A stretch of DNA of 37,835 nucleotides. Origin: Welwitschia mirabilis (lineage: Eukaryota). Both the position numbers and the translations under genes were made by a program. The DNA lies in the NCBI GenBank assembly GCA_051453625.1, contig JBOZIK010000001.1, forward strand, positions 13,674,620 through 13,712,454, in the 5' to 3' direction. Positions 24,605 through 37,167 of the stretch are shown here, piece after piece. Within the stretch, counting starts at the first letter, position 1; each line of letters begins with the position of its first letter. The notes below the pieces were generated by a model. It searched no databases, was not told where the DNA came from, and was given only the letters and a program-made list of their open reading frames with translations.

Positions 24605-27513
24605 TCACCTCTAGATCCCTTAAGAAAATCATTACTAATACAAAAAGTAAAATAAAAATCCTTTTGATATACCTATTGGTGATGATGTAGAATTGAAAAA
24701 ATTAAGTGCTTATCCAAGATTTTTGAGAGAATATGAGGAATAACCCTTTTAACATTTAGCCAAATTGGAAAAACTTGTCCTTACATCTAGACATGGGAAA
24801 AAGCAAATAAGTGATAGAAATATATGATTATCTTTTCATTAACTCTTAGAGGAAAAGCTAAAAATTGGCTAAAAACTATCCCACATAAAATCCTTAAGAA
24901 CTAAAACTAAGTTCAAGATTTCTTTACGAAAAAACTTCATGAGTGAGACTACTACAAGAAAAAGAAGAAAATAAGTCACTAACTTTTTACAACTACCTAT
25001 GAGAGGTTTCTAATAGCCACATCATCCAATTTAGTAAAATTAGCCCATAAAATAAAAAAAAATTAACCATATCTATAGTGGATTAATTAGCCAAATAAAA
25101 CAACTAGTTGATTTTGTATTTGGAGGCTATCTACTCAACATTACCTTAGATGATGCTTGAAGATTATTAGAAGAATTAGTGGAGATATGCTAAGCATGAC
25201 CTAAATCAATTCCCTAAGAAGGAAGAATTATAGGACAAGTGTTGAAAGACATGAAGAAAGTTCATTAGAAAGATACACAAGAACCACTTGGCTATAACAA
25301 CATGATTCAAGACCTTACCAATACATCCAAGAAGTACAGAAGAGCTAATTTTGATGCCAAATTATTGAATGAGAAACCCTAACATCATACTCTAAATGTG
25401 ACATTTATAAAAATAAGTCCCATGGAATAAAAGATTATCTTATTTTACCAACTTATAAAGAAATAATTTTTAAAGATGCTTATGCATTCAACCGAAGGCC
25501 TATTGGATTTAGAAATAATCAAAATACACATCAATGCTTACAAAGAAATAATGGGATATCAAAAAGTTTCAAGTTCTTATTTAAGAATAAATTTAGAAAC
25601 AATAACTTTCAGCCAAATACCTTTAACTATAATAGAAATGATTCCCTTATAGATTCAATTTAAGAGTTAACAAGGATGTTGAAAATTATAAATCAAGAAT
25701 TAAAAAATTAGAACAAGAATATTCAAAAATATTATAGGAATACTTTAATAAATCATGGTAGAAAATCAAAGACCATAAGAATCTCTTGTAATTCAAACCA
25801 TACCCGATTTCAATGATATGAAGAAAGATTAGAAATTTGTAGTGAGAAGCGGAAATGATCCAATCATAAATAAAGAACCATCAATAATGATAACATTAAA
25901 AACCTTGATTAATTAAAATTTTCTTTAATATCTAAAGGAAAAACCAATAACAACATATCTAATGATAATAAAGGAAAGAAACCTATAATCCCTTAGTTAA
26001 AAAGGTTGAATATTAATCCTACTGATGGCGATCATCTTAAGGAAATCACGTAAGATGTAAGCATTAATCTATCTTTTTTAAAAATTTTATACAATAATCC
26101 TAAGTACAATAAGATATGAAGGACTTAGTCAAAGAAGACAAAAGAGAATCATACCAAGTAATGTCTTCATAGCCTAATCCCTTTCTAACTTAATTATGCC
26201 AAAATATTTTAAATTCAAAGACCTACGAGATGCCATGATTAGTGATGTTTTAGAGGAAAATAAAATAATAAAGAAATCCTTGATTGGCATAGGAACTAAT
26301 GTTAACATCATGCTACTTCATATTTATAAGAAATTTGTGTTGGAATGTAGAATTCATCCAATAAATATTATTTGTAATTGGCTAATACAACTATTAATAA
26401 ATCAAGTGGAATAATTAAGGACTTGATAATACACATCAAGTAAGATTTCTATCCTTTGTATGTAATCATCATTAAAGCAGAATATAATAACATATGCCTC
26501 TTACTACTAGGAAGAGCCTTTTGTGCAACAACCCATTATGTTACTGATACATGCTTAAGAATGATGGAATGTCCTGTGAATAAAAGAAATATGTTATTAG
26601 AGTAGTTGATAAGGATATAAGATATGATTTAAATTTTAGCTAACCAAATTAAATCCATCATGCTTCTTTAACATCAATCATAAAAGATAAACTCATTACT
26701 TTACAATACAAAACCTTACATGATAATTATGAATAATGTAGTAAAGTATTTCCTCCTACCCTTATAGCCTCAATGTTAATCTTCCATGAAAAAACTTAAA
26801 TGATAAAATAAGATAATTTTAAAACCTTAATTAATTATAATTTTCAAAATGTAAGATTCATGAAAAATCTACTTCATCAATATGGGTGTTATATAATAAT
26901 GATAAATGCCATGATTTACAACTTAACCAAATTGGTCAAAATACATAGTTTTACATGAAGATCCTAAGAAACCTTTGATAATCAATGTTTCTCTCTATTA
27001 TTCCTAAGAAAAATAACTATTTCAACTTATTACTTCTAAAATACATGATTTTTCTTAGACTCATGAAGATTTTCATACATTCCTCCTTTCATAGTCCAAC
27101 ATAAAATATCCTTGGAACACAATGAAAAAGCCATTAGATAACCATTAAAAAGATTTAACCTAGCCATTAAGCACATAGTAAATCAAGAAATCATTAAAGT
27201 TAAAGATGCTAAATTTATATATGTCATTTTCGAGGGTGAATGAATTAGTCATTTAACTATAGTACCAAAAATGTAGGAAATGTGGTGAATGTGTATTAAC
27301 TTTAGGAAATTTGGTCATATCATAAAGAAAGACCATTGTCCATTTCCCTTTATAGACTAAGTACTTTATATAATTCAAAGCCACTATTACTATTGTTTCC
27401 TTGATGGCTATAGAGGCTATAACCGGCTATGCATTGCTAATGAAAATTTAGTTAAAACCACCTTTACCTTACCCTTTGACACCATTTTTTAAGATGAATA
27501 CTCTTTCGTTTAT
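24605..27513 (+). pseudogene. Element E right part: gag, protease and 5' half of RT, pseudogenised
   Basis: PFDIPIGDDVELKKLSAY, LRGKAKNWLKTIP, SLIGIGTNVNIM (PR), PLLLGRAFCAT, KDHCPFPFID, CFLDGYRGYN, KTTFTLPF. Ends at the MPFGL-equivalent motif, where LTR G begins. Confidence 0.88.
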
Positions 27514-29569
27514 TGTTTATGATTAGCTTTTGCTACATTTGGTATTATTGTAATTATTATGAATTTGAAAGATCATCTTAGGATACAAATCCTAGTTGAA
27601 AATAACCCAAAATTTATTGATAAATAGCTATATCTTCTATTTNNNNNNNNNNNNNNNNNNNNNNNNNNNNNNNNNNNNNNNNNNNNNNNNNNNNNNNNNN
27701 NNNNNNNNNNNNNNNNNNNNNNNNNNNNNNNNNNNNNNNNNNCCCTTTCGTTTATTGTTTATGATTAGTTTTTGCTACATTTGGTATCATTGTAATTGTT
27801 ATGAATTTGAAAGATCATCTTAGGATACAAATCCTAGTTAAAAATAATCCAAACTTTACTAATAAATAGCTATATCTTCTATTTGTAGTGTAGTCCTAGT
27901 GTTGTCCTTTCCAACAAATGAATGCAGTAACAAAATAGTAAAATCATATATAAAACTAATTTCTGTAATTGTTATAGAATAATTTCATATTACAATGAGA
28001 TATTTTATTCTTGCTCAATAAGTAAAAACTAGGAATGAGCCATTACCTTAATATTTAACATGAATATAATAACAAAAGTACGAGTTGTAGTAATAATAGA
28101 GTTACTCTATACTAATATCAAGTAAGCTATGTTAAGCATTCATCCAAGCTCAATCATGATGACATACTTGCATTTATTATATAAGTGTTAATGGAGACTC
28201 TTGACCATCTTACCTCTCATAGCTTATTTTAGAAGCATAAAAAGTAGGATATCACTTTTAAAGAACATCAAACGATAGTAACTATAGGCTAAGATTAACA
28301 TAAATAGAACCACCTAGAAATCTAGAAAAATCTTAATACAATCCAATCTAGAATAAGCATTATAAGCATCGAAAAGTATACATACTTAAAGTTGGAAAAA
28401 ATAGATTGCATACAACTTCTACACTTTGTTACATTAATATATTAAAAATCACAACAAAGAAATTTAAATTGAAGCTTGAAATGTCATGCTAATATTAGAG
28501 GCTAGCTCATTCCTAAATAAAAGGTTAAAAAGAAGACACACTAAATACTCTTATTAATAGTTTCAAAAATACTTAATAAGTTAACAACCCTAAACATGAG
28601 GCCAAAATGGCCTTTTATGCATTGAAAACTAGGGTTAGGATTAGGATTTCACAAATTTGCATAAAATTTATCCTTTTTAGATTAGGTTACTAATAGGATT
28701 AGAAATCATAAAATCTATAATTATGCTTAAAACATAAGCATTACCAAATTTTTATTAAAAAACATTTCATCTTATGGATTATAGTCATTTATCATGTTAA
28801 AAACATACAAAAAAAGTGGTGGAAGTATAATGTCATTAAATTATACATTTAGTAACATAGATTGAGATAAATACATAAAAATGTTAATAGTAAAACTTGA
28901 CTAAGATAAAGTAATCTTAATCATAAATGTCATTTTTAGATGTTATAACATTCTTTAGCTAATTTTTTACTAGTGTCTTAGCGAAAATTTGTGAAATTTA
29001 CATAACATGAAAAAAGTGCAAGTTGAAATCATTAAAATAATAAGCAAATATGATGGAAAACTATTTTATAAAATTGACTAATTTTGAACTTGATTTTACT
29101 TAAATAAGATTGACAAAACATGAAAAGAAAAAATTAAAATATAAATTCCTACTTCCTCTAATTGAATCAAACTTTATCCTCAAAATTTTAATGACATAAA
29201 AAATGAAACATATATGAGAAAATAATTAGCAAAAATTAAGAGGAAAATGATAATATAAATAGATCATTTACTAAAGGCAGAAAATGATTACATCAAAGAA
29301 GAATGCATGCATTTGGAAAGGGAAAAGTAAAAAAATAATACAAAGTACTTCTAATAGGCATGAAGAGAAAATATAAAATAAAGTAAAGGAGATGGGATAA
29401 TTGATGGAACATTTATGGGAAACGAAACCTTCAATATTCTTAAGAGGTTTCTCTTTATTTTAAAAAAATCCTTTTTATTCTTAGACATATTTTTTATTCT
29501 AATATAAATCTTCCTAGTCCATGCTTCCTGAGATCTTGGTACTTTTATAAAAATTTCTTGGTTTAAGTG
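27514..29569 (-). mobile_element. Element G: 3' LTR (27514-28950), PPT and 3' UTR of an F-related element
   Basis: Minus strand GCTAAGACACTAGTAAAAAATTAGCTAAAGAA|TGTTATAACATCTAAAAATGACATT resembles the F LTR start, and the LTR ends ATAAACA. It shares TATGTCATCATGA with the F 3' LTR. The 3' UTR motif TTTGAGGATAAAGTT matches 23038-23053. Confidence 0.65.
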
Positions 29570-32006
29570 TGTTGTGGTGTGTATTTGTGCAAGAATTTAT
29601 ATTTAAAAGAAATCTATCATTCTTAAAATAAAATAGATTTTTGACATAATATAACATATCAGTATGAATGAAAGTAAACCAAAATGTCGTATTTTCATTA
29701 AAGACTATGAGATGAGACTAAGATTACTTTTTAACAAAGTAAATGGGAATTAGAATTAAATAATAATGTAGAAAATAAAGGATGCAATGCAAATACAAAA
29801 TGGAACTAATCTACATGCAATGCAAAATAAATCTAATCTACTTGTTTACATTCCTAACAAAGGCTGCCCTTGATGATCTATATCATCTAAGAAATTGTCA
29901 CTGGATCAATGGCAACATAAACCTTAAAAGACATCAAAGAATTTAATATGTAATAAAGAAAACAAAGTTTATATTAAAGAAGTAATAAGCATTTGGATTA
30001 CAAAACAACTGGTCCTCAATGGAGGATACATAGCCCTCCACTAAGGGTACATCTTTCTACAAAACTCAAGATGGATCTCCCACCTTTTGATCTCCTATCA
30101 TGAGAATTTCCAGTGCAATGAAAATAGATAGGAGAGTCGAAGGGGAACTTATTTATAATAAGACATAGTAGAAAATGGTAGAAAGAAGGCATTCTAAAAA
30201 CACACTCTTTTACATAAAAGAAATAGACTAAATGGTCAAGGATCAGCTATTAGAGTTAGTTACAATATCAGTGTTATTTTGATGGTCATCTAGACAATGA
30301 TGGAAATGATAACTCATTATAAAAATGTTACTCAGTAGGTGACTTAACAAATGACTTAGTAGTCCATATCAGCTGTTATCATCCTGTCTGTCGTTAAAAT
30401 GATAGAGAGGACGATGGTCTTCTTTAATTATTTTATTAAGGAGAAACTAGTATTTCTATAAAAAATATTCCTCTGAAGCTTTATGCATTAGCATGTGTCT
30501 TGAATTCCTCAAGTATTACTGAGAATTACACATCTCTGAGATCTTCTATTGAATCTCTAAGGTCCTCAGAATTATACCTAAACCTAAGTAAATGTCTTGT
30601 AAAATAGCTCATAAAACCCCATTAAATAATGACAAATTAGCAATACAACATAGCCTCCCACTTAGCCTTTGTTAGTCCCTAACAAAAATGAGATGAAAAA
30701 CCATAATTATAAGCCAATTTATTTTACAAAAAATTAATCTAAAAATTATAAAATAGGCTCATAAAACACATTTCATATTAAGATAATCAGTTACTCATTA
30801 TGTGCATAAAAATTTTAAAATTATGTATCATGAAAACTTTGAAAATTTTTAAAAATGAACCATGAAAATGCTATCCCCCTAAAGAAAAATAATACGTCTT
30901 AAAGAAAAAGCAACTAGAAGTGAGAAGGCAAATGATAGATATATTTGAATTTTGACATCTTCAGAAATAAAGTGGAAAGTTGAGTAAAGAAATATTAGAC
31001 TTGAAAAATATAGATGTATGGAATATTTTGACAAGCATAAAAAGAGTGGATAATGAAAATATGCAAGTAAATTTATAAATGTCTAATTAATGTTTTATCA
31101 TAATAAATGAGTAAGAGCAGTGTTTACAACTCTAAGAGACTATAAAATTTATTAAAGAAAATCATTTAAGCAAAGAATTAACTCTTTTATTAAAAACCAA
31201 GGAAAGAAAACNNNNNNNNNNNNNNNNNNNNNNNNNNNNNNNNNNNNNNNNNNNNNNNNNNNNNNNNNNNNNNNNNNNNNNNNNNNNNNNNNNNNNNNNN
31301 NNNNNNNNNNNAGAAAATCATTTAAGCAAGGAATTAACTCTTTTATTAAAAACCAAGGAAAGAAAATAATAAATTTAAAGATCCCAAAGAATAAGAAAAT
31401 ACAGTAATGAATTTGAAATAACTAATCTTAACAATAAAATAAAATAGAAAAAAATAGACATAAGACAACAAAAGATAGCATACCTATCTAAGATTTTAAT
31501 CTAGAAGACTCTATAAAATAAATCATAACATAACTTGATATGAAAATGCATGACATAATGTATAAAAAATTCCATTCGATAAGGCAATGGTTATGATGAC
31601 GTTAAAAATTAAATGCTTTAAATAATAAATTATGAAACTAAAGAATTGCTAAAAAATGGACTCATCCACTATCATCTTAAAACAAACACTTAAATCTCAA
31701 GAAATCAAAAGATCTTGTAAAAAGACTAAGAGTCTAGGAAATAAGCAATGCCTCGGATGATATCAGGAATATCACTGATTCCATAGCCTCAAAGTTTATT
31801 ACAACTTTGTTATCCATAATGAGGGAAGTGCAATCACTATCAGAGAAGTAAGGACCCATGAAGCATGTGCAACTAACCTTTCATTGGAGTTCCCATAGCT
31901 ATTATATTATACTACTAAAGGCTCCTCTAAAAAATATTTAACTCAGTTTACTTACGATAGGAAATCATGGTAACCATGTTTTTGAGATAGCTATAAAACA
32001 TCATGG

Positions 32007-32046
<40 letters not shown>
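29570..32046 (-). mobile_element. Element H: 3' LTR (29570-30650), PPT (30651-30665) and 3' UTR of the A/B family
   Basis: LTR termini TGTTGT...ACAACA, collinear with 1927-3136. 30651-32010 is collinear with 660-1926. Confidence 0.85.
32010..32046. repeat. (CT)n microsatellite running into a gap
   Basis: Direct reading; about 18 units visible. Confidence 0.95.
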
Positions 32047-32277
32047 NNNNNNNNNNNNNNNNNNNNNNNNNNNNNNNNNNNNNNNNNNNNNNNNNNNNNN
32101 NNNNNNNNNNNNNNNNNNNNNNNNNNNNNNNNNNNNNNNNNNNNNNNNNNNNNNNNNNNNNNNNNNNNNNNNNNNNNNNNNNNNNNNNNNNNNNNNNNNN
32201 NNNNNNNNNNNNNNNNNNNNNNNNNNNNNNNNNNNNNNNNNNNNNNNNNNNNNNNNNNNNNNNNNNNNNNNNNNNNN

Positions 32278-33600
32278 TGTTTGAAAGATTATTAAGTAAA
32301 TGTCATAATAGCCTACAAAGAAAAAAGCTAAGAGAAAATTTAAATGATTTGCTTAGTTCATTCTAACTGTTTCCCATCATCTTTCTAAAATTCTTAAGTA
32401 GTCAAGTTAGAAATCGCAACAGAGCCATTAAACTTTATTTCTTAAAATAATAGAAAAATTAATTAATTATTAATTATCAATTAATTATTAATTAACTATT
32501 ATCTTGCTTATTATCCAACTGACTGAGAAGATGACAGAGATACAAAATAGGAAAAAAAAGTAATACTTAAGTAGAAAAGGGTAGAGATTGAAAATAAAGA
32601 CTATCGTCNNNNNNNNNNNNNNNNNNNNNNNNNNNNNNNNNNNNNNNNNNNNNNNNNNNNNNNNNNNNNNNNNNNNNNNNNNNNNNNNNNNNNNNNNNNN
32701 NNNNNNNNNNNNTCAGAATGTGTCTTGAATGCCTTAAATATCACTAAGAATTTTACATTTCTAAGATCTTCTACTAAATCTCTAAAATCTTCAGAATTAG
32801 ACTTAAACCTATGTAAATGTCTTAGAAAATTACTCATAAAACCCCATTAAATAATCAAAAATTAATGGTGCAACATAAGAAATTAAAACAGAAAGCTAAA
32901 AACCAAATCAAAGATCAAAATTATAAAAACCAGAAAGGAAACACCAAAAATAACAAATTTTANNNNNNNNNNNNNNNNNNNNNNNNNNNNNNNNNNNNNN
33001 NNNNNNNNNNNNNNNNNNNNNNNNNNNNNNNNNNNNNNNNNNNNNNNNNNNNNNNNNNNNNNAGGAAAAAGCTAAGAGAAAATTTAGATGGTTTGCTCAG
33101 TTCATTACAACTATTTCCCATCATCTTTCTAAAATTCTTAAGTAGTCAAGTTAGAAATCGCAATAGAGCCATTAAACTTTATTTCTTACAATAATAGAAA
33201 AATTAATTAATTATTAATTAAATATTATCTTGCTCATTATCTACCTGACTGAGAAGATGATAGAGATATAAAATAGAAAAAAATAAGTAAAAATTAAGTA
33301 NNNNNNNNNNGATTGAAAATAAAGACTGTCGTCCTGACTATCATAGAAATGACAGAAGGGAAGATGGTCTTCTTTAAGCATTTTATTGAGGAAAAACTAG
33401 CATTTCTATGATAAATTTTCCTCTAAAGCTCTATTTATCAGAATTTGTCTTGAATGCCTTAAATATCACTAAGAATTTTACATTTCTGAGATCTTCTACT
33501 AAATCTCTAAAATCCTCAGAATTAGACTTAAACTTATGTAAATGTCTTAGAAAATTGCTCATAAAACCCCATTAAATAACCAAAAATTAATAGTGCAACA
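32278..33600 (-). repeat. LTR fragment I of the A/B/H family (subfamily variant), represented twice around gaps
   Basis: 33324-33600 is collinear with 30375-30650 and begins TGTTGCAC on the minus strand. 32320-32962 is repeated at 33063-33687. No PPT precedes it. Confidence 0.7.
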
Positions 33601-33899
33601 TAAAAAATTAAAACAAAAAGTTAAAAACCAAATCAAAGATCAAAATTATAAAAACCAAAAAGGAAACACCAAAAATAACAAATTTTATTTAAATCATAAA
33701 ATCTAATTAATACTTTTTATTAAAAAGAAGGAAAGAAGGAAGGATCTATTAAGATGATCTCAAGATGTTGTATTTGTTCAGAGAATTAAGGTCCAAACCA
33801 AAAGTTCACCAACTGATAAAACATCAAAGGCATGCAATTATTTTTAAGTGAGATCAATTGCAAAAAGAGAGGGAGAAAAGATAAAACTCTATGTAATCT

Positions 33900-36800
33900 C
33901 ATGAAAGCATAAACTTTGTACATTAAAAGGGAGATTAATGTTGATTATTATAAAATATTTTCATTGATTATAATAGTTTTATTTTGATCATAACAAAGAA
34001 AATTATTCTTTAGTCCACTAGAAAGATTTTTCACATCCAAATTCAAATTATAATCTTTAATTTCTAGCTCATGTAGTGGATAATCTTCCTCAAGGTGTGC
34101 GTTTACAATTAGGACTTCCTTGAAATCTACAGGTTGTATTTCTTCTTCATTCTTAAAGTTGGATATATCATTAGCTTATCCATTCTTAATTTCAAATGGG
34201 TCATCATAAAGTATGAATTCATGTAATGTTGACTCTCTTTCTTCAAGGAAATAACATTGTAAGAATAAAGTTGGTTTGATATTGCTTTCAATGTTCATGT
34301 CATCATCACCTAAGGATTTTTCTTTTGCATCAAAGACTCTAATTGTAAATGTTCTATTTTCAAAGTAACACTTCATTGTTCCACTCCTTATGTCAATAAT
34401 GCAATGGTCTATTGCACAAAAGGCTCATCTTAGAAGCAAAGGGTATCCTCTATTATGTTTAACTTCTATGATAATTACATCTATTGGGTAATAAGCCTCT
34501 TCAATTTAAATTGCTAAATCTTTAATGATCCCTAAAGGTTTCTTAACTAAAGTATCTAATAATTCTAAGACAACTTGATTAGGATCTATTATATCTTCCA
34601 AATCAAGTCTCTTATAAATGTGTAGTGGCATTATGTTAACACTCGCTACAATGTCAATTAAGGCTTTTTTAATCTTTTTATTTTCTTCTAAAGTAACATC
34701 CACTATTGCTACTTCTAGATCTTTAAATTTGGGTGATTTTTATAACACTAAATTCATGAGGGATTGTGTTACAAAGACCTTACTAGGGATAACTCATTTT
34801 TGTTTTCTTCTTGTTAAGTATTTCCATAATTTTGAGTACCTTGGATTTTGTTGCACAAGTTTTCAAAAGGATAATTTTATGCTTACATTTTTCATCAAGG
34901 ATTTTATATGTTCATTAAAAATAGAATTGTTATTAAGCCTATCAAGCCAAGGTATGATTGGTTATTATTGAGAAGGATTTTTCTTTTTCTTTTTATCAAG
35001 AGAAGGGATGTTATAATATTCTTATATTTCAATGTCTTCCTCTTCTTCTTAATAATATCTAAAGTATTTTTGGAAGGTGAAAGGTTCATATGAAGGAGGG
35101 TTTATTTCTTGACCACTATGTTTCACAACTTTATAGTCTTTTCTTATTTCATTGGGGTTTGATAAAGGTCATGTAGCCAAAGAACCTTGTGATCTTTGAT
35201 TTGCCAACATAATTTGGTAAAAGACATTTACTAAATTTTTAATGTTGGTATTTTTCTTTTCTAATATGCCATGTGTATTTTTTTGTGATCTTCTTAATTC
35301 ATATACAAGGTTTGTAAGTCAATCATTGGTCAATCATTGAAATGTTAAAAGTTGGATAACTTTGTTGGAAATTTGAGTTTTTGAATTGGTTCATAAAATG
35401 TTGAAAGTGATTTCAAAAATCTGAATTCAACCTTGGTTGTGCTTACTTTTAATTTTAAAAGTTTTAAGATATTTAATTGAAAGCATAAACTTCTTCACAT
35501 ATTCTTTCTTTGTATGTTAGTAATAGAGGATAGTTTTTAGTGATGTGATAATTATCCTAACATAAGTTATAAGTCAGTATAACATTTCTCTCCATTGTAG
35601 ATTTGGCATCTAAAATCATTTTTATATACTTCTTCAAGGTTGCTATAAAATCTCTTATGAAATTTGCAAGGTTGTATTATACCTCTTTTTGTTTTAAATC
35701 TCTGATGATTTGGCCTATAGTATGGTTTTCTTTTAATGTTGGCCAAGCTTGACTAACCTTCACAAGTTCTTCTACTTTTATCTAGACATTTCCTAACATG
35801 AGGTTTATAAAGTTTTCATCACAAGAGAAATTTACAAGTTATTTTATGTGGGGATTTAAACCATAATAAAATTAGCTTACTAGTTCTTCTCACGAGAAAG
35901 CATCTAATGGATTAGAGTGGGTTGCTATAAAGAAACATTCTTATGTAGAAGGATGGTCTTCATTTTATTTTTGTTGAAAATTTGTTACTTTCTTTTTCCT
36001 TTTTTTCATGATTTCTTTACTCATAAATATTTTTATGAAATTTTCTTAGACTGGTTACCAAGTTTTTAGGTGTTTATGAGGTATAGTCTTTATCCAATTT
36101 TATCTCTACCTTTTAATTTTCTGGGAAATATTACTATGTATGTTCTATTACTAGTTTTTTCCTTCAATTTCCTGAGGTCAGGATTAATTATTCTATATCT
36201 ACAATATGTTGAAAGGGGTTCTCATCATCTTCTCCATTAAAAGTTAAATAGGCATTTAAAGTTTTAAGCTTAACGTCATCTCCCAAGGATAGATCAAAAT
36301 GGGTTTGAATCTCTCATTTCTTATTGGCTAACAATTCCCTCAGGGTAAGGTTTCTATTAGGATTAAGGCTAGAAGATCCTATAACTTGTTTTTGCATATA
36401 GATACTTCACATTATAAACTAGTTTTCTCCCTCTACAGGATTTTCTTTAAGTAAATCTAATTCAAAAAAAATAAATTTAGAAGGAGGATTTTGTACACCT
36501 AGAGATTACTTTTCTGATTCATGCTCAATATCTACAAATTCTTCTTTTATATTTGTCTCTATTAACAACCTTTCTCTTTGATATCTCTTCTCAAGATTGA
36601 CCATATTACAGCATCTTACAAATAGAAAATAATAGAAAATAGATTAAAAACAATATTATCATCCTGTATAGCATGGGAATGATAGAAAGGATAACTAACA
36701 GGAAAAGCAAAAAAACAAAAATAGAGCAGAAAGCCGAGAACTAAAAAGAAATGTTGTCTGTCATCCACTTGATTATCTAGATGATGAAGGAGATAACAAG

Positions 36801-37066
36801 GACTAATTTATTAACTAAAATTTAAATGAAAAGACTAAAAACATAAACAAAAATTGCATACTGTCATCCTATCTATCATGGAGATGACAGAGGGAACAAT
36901 GACTATTTACCTATAAAAAAATGAAAATGAAAAACCACAAACAAAACCTATGGTTCCTAAATAAAATACATTGTCATGAATAAATAACCAAATAAAAATC
37001 CAATATTCTCATCTAAATAATAACAACCCTTGTACTCTTCAATATCCTTCCTCAGCAATGGTACCA
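33900..37066 (-). mobile_element. Element J: PBS, 5' UTR, gag and protease of the B family; no RT
   Basis: Reverse complement is collinear with 3140-7045. Gag starts MVNLEERYQRERLL at 36604. Protease ALIDIVASVNIMPLHIYK (ORF 34506-34703). Confidence 0.88.
37049..37066 (-). promoter_or_regulatory. Element J PBS, tRNA-Asp type
   Basis: TGGTACCATTGCTGAGGA; 5 differences from TGGCGCCGTTGCCGGGGA, all C>T or G>A. Confidence 0.85.
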
Positions 37067-37167
37067 NNNNNNNNNNNNNNNNNNNNNNNNNNNNNNNNNN
37101 NNNNNNNNNNNNNNNNNNNNNNNNNNNNNNNNNNNNNNNNNNNNNNNNNNNNNNNNNNNNNNNNNNA

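Noticed and set aside
32457..32500. AT-only palindromic tract (AATT/TAAT repeats)
   Set aside because: Low-complexity slippage; its length differs in the duplicate copy at about 33200.
29570..33600. H and LTR I as the two ends of one element
   Set aside because: Flanks AAGTG versus TAAAA/TAAGA give no TSD, and the LTRs stop aligning left of about 33324.
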